In this document: positions 1-9,340 of the stretch, one piece after another
How the letters are laid out: every line of letters begins with the position of its first letter
Position numbering within the stretch: position 1 is the first letter of the stretch
DNA from: a virus
Taxonomy: Duplodnaviria > Caudoviricetes
IMG/VR virus record: IMGVR_UViG_3300021431_000100
Location: 1-64,000 of that record
Reading direction: 5' to 3' (one strand)
DNA length: 64,000 bases
The notes under the pieces: generated by a model
The model's input: only the letters and a program-made list of their open reading frames with translations
Database searches by the model: none
What the model was told of the DNA's origin: nothing
Program-made: the position numbers and the translations under genes

Positions 1-1
1 T

Positions 2-874
2 CTCGTTGGTGGATTTTGTGGTGCTATTGTATTAGAAGTTAATCGGTATTTTAATTCCATGACGGTCAATAATATTTTTATTGATTGTATATTGAAATCA
101 AATGACGCAATTGCTTATGGATTTGGTTATGGTGCTAGTACAACTATTTGTGACGTTTATAGAATTGGTTATCATGAAAGATATTCAATGGTTGATAGAA
201 ATGGCGTTTTGACCAATTGCACAAAAATTTCTGACGCAGAATGTTGGTCATATTTTAATTTTGCCAATGTTCCGTATAGCAATGTTTATGTGAAATTACA
301 TAAAGACCCTTCTATAACTACATATTATGCTATATCAAATACCTATTCGTCATATTCGGCTTGTTATGCTGATAATTCGGAGTTTTCTCCGATTATAGCG
401 TCGGGCATTGAATATAAAAATCTTTCTAATATAGATTATTCAATAAATATATTACCAAATATTAATCATAAATTGTTTAAAAAAGAGTGGAAATCTAAAT
501 TAGAACCACTCAACCTAAACAAAGATTCAATATATTTCAAAACTAAAGATGGTTATGTAGTATATAATTTTACAATCAAAGAGTGGGAAGTTAAATACAA
601 GAGATTTACAAATGAAAACTCTATTAGAATTATTCAAAATGGTATGAATAGAACTGACTTGTCTAAAATACCTGTTGCAAAGCTTAAAGAGTTGCAAGAT
701 GAAAACAATAAAGTTAAAATTATAAATTGTATTAATGCCCATGAAAAGATTATATCCAAGGTTGAAACTTTGGATATAGGCAAATTTAAGGAACAATCAA
801 ACAAGAATGTTTTTAAAACAAAGATTAAGTTTAATAAATATAATGATAAAATCATGAACATTACTAGAAAATAA
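2..874 (+). CDS. 5'-truncated GLUG-type virion/adhesin-like protein (paralog of the next genes)
   Basis: The frame is open from position 2 (LVGGFCG..., GLUG-like), so the gene probably starts before the window. Its C-terminal domain resembles the C-termini of ORFs 881 and 2213. Confidence 0.55.
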   Translation, partial: LVGGFCGAIVLEVNRYFNSMTVNNIFIDCILKSNDAIAYGFGYGASTTICDVYRIGYHERYSMVDRNGVLTNCTKISDAECWSYFNFANVPYSNVYVKLHKDPSITTYYAISNTYSSYSACYADNSEFSPIIASGIEYKNLSNIDYSINILPNINHKLFKKEWKSKLEPLNLNKDSIYFKTKDGYVVYNFTIKEWEVKYKRFTNENSIRIIQNGMNRTDLSKIPVAKLKELQDENNKVKIINCINAHEKIISKVETLDIGKFKEQSNKNVFKTKIKFNKYNDKIMNITRK

Positions 875-880
875 ACTGAG

Positions 881-2194
881 GTGATTACATTGTCACAAGG
901 TAAATTTGGTGGCGGTAACGGTACTGCCAATAAACCATATCTGATAGAAGACGTTGCAGATTTAAATGCTATTCGCTTCTATCCAACTAAATGTTTTAAG
1001 CTTACTCAGAGCATTAATCTTGGTGTATATCCATATAATGTAAATAAGGGTTGGCTTCCTATTTTGAATTTTGCGGGTCAGTTAGACGGTGACGGTCATA
1101 AAATTATGAACCTTTATATTAATCGTCCTACACAGGATAATGTTGGTCTGTTTGGCACTGCATATAATCAGACTTCTATTGTTCTTTCTGTAAAGAACCT
1201 TTATATTGATAATTGCGATATTCTTGGTCGTAATCATGTAGGTGCTGTATATGGCTATGTACAGGTTAATGAAACTACTACAGGTCAGACAGACGCTTAC
1301 ATTGATACTTGTAAAGTTACAGGTAAAATCAAAGGTAGTAACCAAGTGGGCGGTGTAATCGGTCAAATTAATTGGACTACTGCTTTGAACTTTGCTCTTG
1401 TAGCAATTAGAGACTCTTATATTAAGACAGACCTTTCTATTCAGGTTAAGGGTACAAATTATGGTGGTCTTGTTGGTTCAGGATTAACATTTAAGCAGAA
1501 TGCAAATTTTGACCATGTAATTGCACAGTGTAGTTTTGACCGTCATGTAAATAGTGTTGACACTGACTTAAATCCAAATTTCGCAGAAAGTTATTTCGTT
1601 ATGACAAATTGCTTCTATGATAAAGAAACTTGGATTTATGGTACAACTGCTAACGGTTCTACCGTTGAAAATATTTCCAATCGTCAGAAAGTTACCGATT
1701 TCGATAAGCGTCTTGACGCAGACGGTAATATGATTTGGAATTTTGCAAAGGGTAAACGTTTGCCTGAGCTTTCTTTATTCTTGCGTAAGAAACATTTATT
1801 TAAGTTTGATAATAAGTATTATATTTATGAGTTTGAAACTGAAAAATGGACAAAGGTTGCAGATTCTTTAAAAACTCGTGAAAAAGCATTTGAGATTGCT
1901 ATGGAAGGTATTGAGAATATTGATTTCCAAGGTTGGGAAAAATTAAAAACTTTGGCAGGAAATAACACCGTAGAATTGATTACTTTGTATGAAAATTCTA
2001 ACGGTTCTGAATACACTTCCAAGAAATTTGATATGGATAAAGATACCACTCATACAACCAATCTTAAACGTAAGTATGACGGGTTAGAAACTAAATTATT
2101 CAAGAAGACAATTTCCTTCTCTCAGTTGAATTCTGATGGCAAGTTGGAATTTGGTGACGTGATTGCAAAGATTAGTAAAGGAATTGTTAGATAA
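881..2194 (+). CDS. GLUG-motif beta-helix protein, putative virion accessory protein
   Basis: N-terminus FGGGNGTANKPYLIEDVADLNAIR, then F.G.LDGDGHKI.NL.I and Gly-rich VGLFG/VGGVIG repeats typical of the GLUG family. Confidence 0.7.
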   Translation: MITLSQGKFGGGNGTANKPYLIEDVADLNAIRFYPTKCFKLTQSINLGVYPYNVNKGWLPILNFAGQLDGDGHKIMNLYINRPTQDNVGLFGTAYNQTSIVLSVKNLYIDNCDILGRNHVGAVYGYVQVNETTTGQTDAYIDTCKVTGKIKGSNQVGGVIGQINWTTALNFALVAIRDSYIKTDLSIQVKGTNYGGLVGSGLTFKQNANFDHVIAQCSFDRHVNSVDTDLNPNFAESYFVMTNCFYDKETWIYGTTANGSTVENISNRQKVTDFDKRLDADGNMIWNFAKGKRLPELSLFLRKKHLFKFDNKYYIYEFETEKWTKVADSLKTREKAFEIAMEGIENIDFQGWEKLKTLAGNNTVELITLYENSNGSEYTSKKFDMDKDTTHTTNLKRKYDGLETKLFKKTISFSQLNSDGKLEFGDVIAKISKGIVR

Positions 2195-2212
2195 AAATGA
2201 GGTGATTTTAAA

Positions 2213-3427
2213 ATGGCTTTAGAAAATTTGAAAGGCAAGGGTACTGACGTAAATCCATATATTATTAGCAGTGGTGACGATTTGAATTCCGTTCGTGAAG
2301 ACCCTTCTGCATATTATAAATTAGACCGTTCTATCGACTTAACTGAAATTTGTAATGCTTCCGACGGTACAGGTTGGACTCCTATTGATAATTTTAGTGG
2401 TACTTTTGACGGTTCAGGTTTTATGATTAAAAATATGTTTATCAATCGTAACGCTATTAATCAGGCTTTGTTCTCCACCACCCGTGGTGCTACTATTATG
2501 AACCTTGGTTTGGTTGACGCTAATGTTACAGGTGGTACAGAAAACACCTCATTGCTCGTTGGTCATATGACTTCTTTTGACGACATTATTATGAACTGCT
2601 TCACCACAGGTGTTGTTACTTCTACTACTAATGTAAGTGGTCTTGTTGGTCAAATGGAAGGTGGTATTGTTAAGAATTGTTATTCTTCTGCTGATTTACA
2701 GTGCACCAATACTTCTTCTTCTAATGCTGCAGGTCTTGTTGGCATTATGGCAAAATCTCAGTCTATCGTTCAGAAGTCTTTCTTCAACGGTACAATCAGT
2801 GGTGCTACCAACTTTAGTCCATACGTATTCAATAATACTGCAGGTGGTTCTTTTAACACTACAGCTTGCGATAACCACTACAATAGCTCCAAAGTAAGTC
2901 TCCCAACTCCATTGGTAGGAGCACTTGATGACGACAACATGCGTAAGGCTGATAACTTCGTTTCTTGGGGTGACGAATATTACAACTTTGATAAGAAGAT
3001 TTGGTCACAGAGATTAAATGACTATCCACATCTTTATTTTGAAGTTGCTACCCGTTATTTAATTTCTATTACCAAAGATGGTGTAGATACTTTCTATACT
3101 TTCACTTATGAAAATGATAAGGGTGTTTGGAAAGCTCTTACCAATACCGAAGTTGCAGGTTCTTTCCCTACTGCTAGTGAATTTGAAGTACACGGTATTA
3201 CTGATAATGAACTTTCTGCAATTTCCCGTTTTGAATGGAACTCTTTAAGAGAAATTACCGATGAATTTGAACTTATCGCTTCTACTGATAAGTATGTCAT
3301 TAATCGTTCTATCGACCAGCAGGAAATGGCTCTCGAACAAGAACTTACTGACGCTATTGTTCTTTCTACAGAAATTGATTTTTCAAGATATGGCGATTCC
3401 ATCAATCAGATTAAAATTGTACAGTAA
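2213..3427 (+). CDS. GLUG-motif beta-helix protein
   Basis: GKGTDVNPYII..GDDLNSVR, FSGTFDGSGF.I.N and VSGLVGQM/AAGLVGIM repeats. RBS GAGGTG upstream. Confidence 0.7.
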   Translation: MALENLKGKGTDVNPYIISSGDDLNSVREDPSAYYKLDRSIDLTEICNASDGTGWTPIDNFSGTFDGSGFMIKNMFINRNAINQALFSTTRGATIMNLGLVDANVTGGTENTSLLVGHMTSFDDIIMNCFTTGVVTSTTNVSGLVGQMEGGIVKNCYSSADLQCTNTSSSNAAGLVGIMAKSQSIVQKSFFNGTISGATNFSPYVFNNTAGGSFNTTACDNHYNSSKVSLPTPLVGALDDDNMRKADNFVSWGDEYYNFDKKIWSQRLNDYPHLYFEVATRYLISITKDGVDTFYTFTYENDKGVWKALTNTEVAGSFPTASEFEVHGITDNELSAISRFEWNSLREITDEFELIASTDKYVINRSIDQQEMALEQELTDAIVLSTEIDFSRYGDSINQIKIVQ

Positions 3428-3448
3428 TAATAAAGGTGGTGAAGATTA

Positions 3449-6400
3449 ATGGCAAATGGTAATTTCGGTGGAGGTAACGGTAAATCCGATAATCCTTTCA
3501 TTGTTGAAGACGTTGCAGACTTAAATGCCATTAGAAACCATCCTGTAGCAACTTATTATTATTATAAGTTAAAAAACCATTTAGATATGAGTGTGTTCAC
3601 CCTTCCTGACGAGGGGTGGACACCTATACCTAATTTTTATGGTTCTTTTGATGGTAACTATAATTGCATTTTCAATTTGAAAATTAATAGACCTACAGAA
3701 GATAATGTAGGCTTGTTTGCCAATATGAATGGTAATAGCATTATTTCTCACTTACTTATGGTTGACGCAGAAGTTACAGGTAATGACAATGTTGGTACTA
3801 TTGTTGGTCAGATTACAGGAGAAAATGTTAAATTTGATACTGTAGGTGTTCAAGGTAAAGTAAATGGTCATAACAGTGTTGGCGGTATGATTGGTCATAG
3901 CGGTTCACGTAAAAACATTGTTGTTGATAAAGCTGTCCTTGAATGCGACGTTATAGGTACAGGTAACAACGTTGGTGGCTTGGCAGGTACGTACACTTCC
4001 TTTTCCGACGACGCACAACCTTGTTCTTTGAAGAAAGTTTTTATGTATGGTACTGTTAGCGGTGAAAACTTTATTACTACCAATGCTACTGTTGGTTTGG
4101 CTGATTTTAAGACCATTTATAAAGACGTATATTTTGATAAGGATAGAATTCCTAATTATTATCCTGATGAACACGCTATTGGTGAATCTAAATCTTTCTT
4201 CCAAAAGAAAACGAATTTCACCGATTATTTAAATGATACATATACTATTGGTCGTACAAAGGGCTTGTGGTGTTGGAACAGAAACGATTATATGCGTTTT
4301 TCTTTCGCAAATCGTTATGTTGTCTTGTTTGATATTGACGGTGTGCTGAATGGGTATGACGCAACCGCAGAAGAATTTGTTCCATTGGCTAACGTTCCTC
4401 AGACATTAGATTGGGCGTATTGCTATGCAAATGGTGTACAGGATATTTCTATAATTTCAATTAAGGCTTTGCGTACTTTATTGGCAAAGAAAGTCCCTGT
4501 TAGTCTTAAAATTGTTTGTGAATCAAGCAAGACTTTAGACGCTCAGAATTATCCTATTTTCCAAATTCTTGCAGATAGTCTTACAAGTAAAATGAGTTTG
4601 AATGTGGTTACTGCTGAACCACAAGATAATCTCAAAATTAAAGATTATAATCCATTGGATGTAAAATATAATGTTGTAAAAGAATCCGAGGAAGAAGCAA
4701 GTAATTTTGAGCTTTATGTTGACGCTGATAATGAACAGAAGTTTGGTGAATTTACCGACAATGAAGTTCGTATCATTTATGATACAAAAGAACTTGACGA
4801 CGAAACTTTTGAACTTCAAATCACTTCTAATGCTCACGTTTCTTCTAGCAGTGATACTAGTGCGTTTAATGATAAACGTTCTATTGAGATTTTCTCGTCT
4901 AAACAAGAAGCTATTGACAACTTTGAATTGGACGTTAACTCTGAATATAACAAGAGCATGGGTGAAAAGGGTGACAATATTACCGAAGACACAGAAGTTG
5001 GTATCAGCTATGATTCTAGGTCACTTCGTCAATCTCATAAAACAAACCTTATTTATACATTGTTTAACACAATTCAGACACAAAACCGTGGCGTTCACGT
5101 AGAAGCACACGGTAAGAATACTTCTCGTTATTTGATTTCTGTTAATAATGGTCAGAATTGGTTGTCATTTAATTCCCGTAATAACACTTGGACAGAAACA
5201 GATTTGGCAGATATTTACGACGCAGGTGTTACTGCCAAAGATTTGACTTCCCGTGCTGTTATGAACGCTTTGCCTACTGATTATAAATCTAAGGTTAAAA
5301 TTGCTGCAGCTATTTCTGCCGAGGCGTTTAATTCTACATTTAGTATTAGAGATTTTGATATTGAATTTGAACCAAATAACGGTCCAGAAGTATTGGATTT
5401 GGTTGAAAGAGATAATGGTGAAGTCGTAACAATTTCAGGCGTTCTTAACGATAAAGAAAATGATAGTATTTCTTATCGTATTTTGACTAAACATCAGATT
5501 GACGCTGACTATAAACAAATTCTCCCTAGAAATGAGGGTGGTTGGTTACGTCAGAAGAATGGTTATAAGTTTGAAGAACGTTTCTTGCTTTCTGAATTTA
5601 AGAACGGTGCAAATGTAATTAAGATTGAAACTAAAGACTCCCGTGGAGAAACTTTTGAAAAGACTATTAACTTTACTCTTATTCAGGGTACTCCTGAAAT
5701 TAAGATTAATTCTAATAATCAGTTCTATGCAAATATTACATTGTCCCATACCCTCAAAAAGAAGGTACGTTTCCAAATTTATATCAACGGTATTCAGAAA
5801 GCTCCTGTTAAAGAGGGCGAATGGTCAGAATGGAAGTCTACAGAGACACCATTTACATTCGATTACACTTGGAATACAAAAGATTTGTTAAATGGTTTGC
5901 CTAATGAACTTGAAATTAAAGTACAGGATGAAATGAAAACTGAAACATTTGCTAAGTTTAATGTTATCGGTGAATACAAGTCCTTGCTGTTCAAAGACCA
6001 AAACAATTTCTATTATTCCACAGATACAGGCGAAGTATTGCAACAGCTCGACTTTGGTACAGTTATCGGTGGTGTATTGTCCGACGTATATCCTGTTATT
6101 ATCGAAAACAAAACAGGCTTGTCTATGGATAATATTATTATTTATCCTGACTCTACTACACAGGAAGAACTTGCTAAGATTAAACTTTCTCATACTGCTC
6201 CTGATTCTAAAGAAGGTTTTGTTTCTTCAAATGAAACATTTGTAGTTAAGAATTATAATCAGGACGCTTCTGATTTTACAACTCACGAATATCAGAATGC
6301 ACTCAAAGTACCTTATGTGTTGGATAATAATGATACATATACATTCTATGTACGTATCGAGTCTGACGAAGAAATTGCTTCTTATAAGAATAAGGTATTT

Positions 6401-6919
6401 AGAGTTCTTGCTAATGGTACACCAATTGATACTTCCTTAATTACAGTTGTATTGCCACAGACCGAATATGAAGACAATTATGCTCATATTGCTAAGTCTT
6501 ATATTGACGACGGCGAAGGTTTGTTCAATGTAACCATTAAGGATATGACCGATACTATGGGTATCAATGGTAAGTCAATTTACCTTGTAGGTGACAGCTT
6601 GTATACATGGCTTGACGGACGTATTACATTTGACGAATTTATGGCTAATCCTCTTACTGAGGACGAACGCCAAAAGGCTATTGCTAGGTTCGCTAGTGCG
6701 AATGCTGAGTTTGAACCATATTCAGTATCTTGGCTTGACGCTTTCTTTATTGCTAATTATGGTGATACGGTTAAGAATCTTGTTGATAGTGGTAAATTGT
6801 CCTTTGAACGTAGATTGCGTACAAGTAATTATTATGACGCTCACGTTGCTTGGCTTAAAGCAGACGAGGCTAATAAAGATAAACAATTTACATTTAAGTA
6901 TTTTGTTGTTGAAAAATAA
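3449..6919 (+). CDS. Large GLUG-motif protein with acidic spacer and beta-sandwich-like C-terminal domains (putative virion protein)
   Basis: Same N-terminal GLUG signature (FGGGNGKSDNPFIVEDVADLNAIR, FYGSFDGNY), 1156 aa, followed by a terminator. Confidence 0.65.
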   Translation: MANGNFGGGNGKSDNPFIVEDVADLNAIRNHPVATYYYYKLKNHLDMSVFTLPDEGWTPIPNFYGSFDGNYNCIFNLKINRPTEDNVGLFANMNGNSIISHLLMVDAEVTGNDNVGTIVGQITGENVKFDTVGVQGKVNGHNSVGGMIGHSGSRKNIVVDKAVLECDVIGTGNNVGGLAGTYTSFSDDAQPCSLKKVFMYGTVSGENFITTNATVGLADFKTIYKDVYFDKDRIPNYYPDEHAIGESKSFFQKKTNFTDYLNDTYTIGRTKGLWCWNRNDYMRFSFANRYVVLFDIDGVLNGYDATAEEFVPLANVPQTLDWAYCYANGVQDISIISIKALRTLLAKKVPVSLKIVCESSKTLDAQNYPIFQILADSLTSKMSLNVVTAEPQDNLKIKDYNPLDVKYNVVKESEEEASNFELYVDADNEQKFGEFTDNEVRIIYDTKELDDETFELQITSNAHVSSSSDTSAFNDKRSIEIFSSKQEAIDNFELDVNSEYNKSMGEKGDNITEDTEVGISYDSRSLRQSHKTNLIYTLFNTIQTQNRGVHVEAHGKNTSRYLISVNNGQNWLSFNSRNNTWTETDLADIYDAGVTAKDLTSRAVMNALPTDYKSKVKIAAAISAEAFNSTFSIRDFDIEFEPNNGPEVLDLVERDNGEVVTISGVLNDKENDSISYRILTKHQIDADYKQILPRNEGGWLRQKNGYKFEERFLLSEFKNGANVIKIETKDSRGETFEKTINFTLIQGTPEIKINSNNQFYANITLSHTLKKKVRFQIYINGIQKAPVKEGEWSEWKSTETPFTFDYTWNTKDLLNGLPNELEIKVQDEMKTETFAKFNVIGEYKSLLFKDQNNFYYSTDTGEVLQQLDFGTVIGGVLSDVYPVIIENKTGLSMDNIIIYPDSTTQEELAKIKLSHTAPDSKEGFVSSNETFVVKNYNQDASDFTTHEYQNALKVPYVLDNNDTYTFYVRIESDEEIASYKNKVFRVLANGTPIDTSLITVVLPQTEYEDNYAHIAKSYIDDGEGLFNVTIKDMTDTMGINGKSIYLVGDSLYTWLDGRITFDEFMANPLTEDERQKAIARFASANAEFEPYSVSWLDAFFIANYGDTVKNLVDSGKLSFERRLRTSNYYDAHVAWLKADEANKDKQFTFKYFVVEK

Positions 6920-6962
6920 TATATTGCAGGACTTCTTGACTATGGAATTTTCTGCTAACACC

Positions 6963-6998
6963 AATAAGAGATTATGTTTGCATAATCTCTTATTTTTT
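6963..6998 (+). terminator. Intrinsic terminator
   Basis: AATAAGAGATTATG / CATAATCTCTTATT stem followed by a T-run. Confidence 0.8.
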
Positions 6999-7235
6999 AT
7001 ATGAGCAAAAAAATTTATTTAATCTTTTGCTGTCAATCTATATTCTGTTAGTGCGTAAAATTTTCTAATACAATAGAGAAATTTTATACGCTTTTGGGAT
7101 TGGCGTGTAAAAGAGGAATAAATTTTTTATTCCTTTAAAGCAATTGAATTAGCCCAATACAATGGGGAAGGAGGTTGTTTAAAAGTTTATCCTAAATAAA
7201 CAATACAATGTTAAATTTTGGAGTGTGATAAGAAT

Positions 7236-9251
7236 ATGGCAGATACTAAAATGATTCAAAATATTGTAGCTAATGCCGAAAATAACAGCTATGAGTTCGA
7301 CCTTGTAGGCGAAAAAGTAGCAGACGTTAAAGCTCTCGATTTAGAAGTACCAACAATTAAATTTATTGTAGAAGTTTTTGACTCTGAAAACAATCCAATA
7401 ACTATTATTGGGGAAGATGATTACGAAGCAGCAGAAACACGTCATGACGAATATAACAATGTGGATTATGTAGTATATCCTCGAAAGAATGAAGCTCTTG
7501 TTCCTTTTGATGCTTCTTCTTATGGTGAAACTGTTCACATGCGAGTTACAGGAGTACCTAAAGATGCTGTACTTGAAACTTCAAATTTGGATTTTGTAGA
7601 TGCTGATAATCATTATTTTGAACGTCTTAAAGTTGTGTTTCCTGTTTCTAATGCAGATAAGCGTGAAATGACAATTACAGCTTTAGAAACCAATAAGTCC
7701 GTAGCTTTATTTGGTGAAAAATATACCGACGTTTATGAAATTTTTGCAAACCCATATAATGGTACTGTAACTGCAAAACTTTGGATGAAATCTACAATGC
7801 CATTTGTACGTGATTTTGATACTTTTGTTGTAAAACGTGATAATTTTGTTATATTTGATATATCAAGAGAAAGTGATAATAACTCTGGTATTGATAATAT
7901 AGACTTAGGTTCAAGTGTGTTAGATAGTCAAACATTAGGCGTTCCATTTACTGTGGAATATTCCTTTAAAGAAAGTGCTGTAGGCAAAGACGCTTTTAAA
8001 ATTGAAGGTGTTGACGAAAATAATAACGTAATTGCTAATGAAGAATATCCAATTGAAGTAGTAAATCACGAAGGTGCTCTTGTTAAATACGAAACTCTTG
8101 TAGCAAACATTTCTGATTCCGATTTGGCTACTATTGAAGCACAAAAACCTGCTTTGGATGAAGCTAAGACTGTAGCTAGACAGGCTATTGACGCTCTTGA
8201 AGAAGGAGAAACTAAGACAGCTTATAATGAACGTTTTGCAGTTGCAGAAGACAATCAGAATGAAGGTTATAAACTCTTATATCTCTATAAATCTAAGAAC
8301 AGTCACTTCTCTTTGAGCAAGGTAAAGAATGTTGGCGGTAATGTTCCATTCAAGATTGTATTTGACGACGAAAATCTTGTTGGTGACTCTACTGAAGCTC
8401 TTTATTATGCACCAAACAGCAATGTAGCTGTTGACGTTAAGAGTGGTCTTGTACCTTCTCAGAACTACATTGCTTTCGGCTCTGCAACTATTGCTGACGG
8501 CGAACACATTTATATTAACAAGGTTGGCGACAACTACTATCGTACTGTTGTTGAGGTAGAAGAAGGTCAGATTGCCAAGATTAATGGTACTGAAATCGAC
8601 GCTTCTAAGATTGCTGAACAGGGCGGTTCTTACACTGTTCCAGGCAAGGAAGTTTCTAAGTCTGCTCTTACTGACGCTCTCGCAGAAGCTAATGCTCTCA
8701 ATGACGCTCACGTTGTTGGTACTGAGGTTGGTCAAGTTCCTCAGAACCAAAAAGACGCATTTAATCAGGCTATTGCTAAGGCACAGGAAGTTGCTGATGA
8801 CGACGACGCAACTACTGCTAAAGTCAATAAGGCTGTTGAAGCTCTTAATAAGGCTAAAGAAGAATTCGATTCCTTCATTGTTGACTACACTGTTGACAAA
8901 ACTGCACTTGCTAAAGCAATTTCTGATTATACTGCAGTTGTTGAAACCGCAACTGTTGGTTCTAATGTAGGTGAAACCACTCAGGACAACATTGACGCTT
9001 TGACCGCAGCTATTGCTACTGCTCAGAGTGCTATGGACGCTGTTGATAATAGTGAAAACTATGACGCAGAAGATGAGTACGATGAGGACGTACAGGCAAT
9101 TGCTGACGCTTTACAGGCTCTTGAAGACGCTAAAGCTGAATTTGATAAACACGTTGTAAGCACTGCTTCTTATGCCGACGCTAAACTGAAGCTTTATGAA
9201 GAAGCTGCTTCTCGTTTCCTTGATAGTATCAGAAAAAAAATTCGTATCTAA
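7236..9251 (+). CDS. Acidic structural protein with FIVAR-like helical repeats; probable N-terminal part of a larger -1-frameshifted gene
   Basis: ATG 7236 with GGAGTG RBS. Repeats KSALTDALAEANAL..VGTEVGQVPQNQKDAFNQAIAKAQ and DKTALAKAISDY..VGSNVGETTQDNIDALTAAIATAQ (about 8650-9150). Ends just after an A8 run at 9233-9240. Confidence 0.6.
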   Translation: MADTKMIQNIVANAENNSYEFDLVGEKVADVKALDLEVPTIKFIVEVFDSENNPITIIGEDDYEAAETRHDEYNNVDYVVYPRKNEALVPFDASSYGETVHMRVTGVPKDAVLETSNLDFVDADNHYFERLKVVFPVSNADKREMTITALETNKSVALFGEKYTDVYEIFANPYNGTVTAKLWMKSTMPFVRDFDTFVVKRDNFVIFDISRESDNNSGIDNIDLGSSVLDSQTLGVPFTVEYSFKESAVGKDAFKIEGVDENNNVIANEEYPIEVVNHEGALVKYETLVANISDSDLATIEAQKPALDEAKTVARQAIDALEEGETKTAYNERFAVAEDNQNEGYKLLYLYKSKNSHFSLSKVKNVGGNVPFKIVFDDENLVGDSTEALYYAPNSNVAVDVKSGLVPSQNYIAFGSATIADGEHIYINKVGDNYYRTVVEVEEGQIAKINGTEIDASKIAEQGGSYTVPGKEVSKSALTDALAEANALNDAHVVGTEVGQVPQNQKDAFNQAIAKAQEVADDDDATTAKVNKAVEALNKAKEEFDSFIVDYTVDKTALAKAISDYTAVVETATVGSNVGETTQDNIDALTAAIATAQSAMDAVDNSENYDAEDEYDEDVQAIADALQALEDAKAEFDKHVVSTASYADAKLKLYEEAASRFLDSIRKKIRI

Positions 9252-9340
9252 TACTCGAACAATTACGTTCTGATGCCTTTAACGCACTAACAGAAGTAGA
9301 TAATGAAAGTGCAGAGTATAACACTCTATACAGGCGTTAT

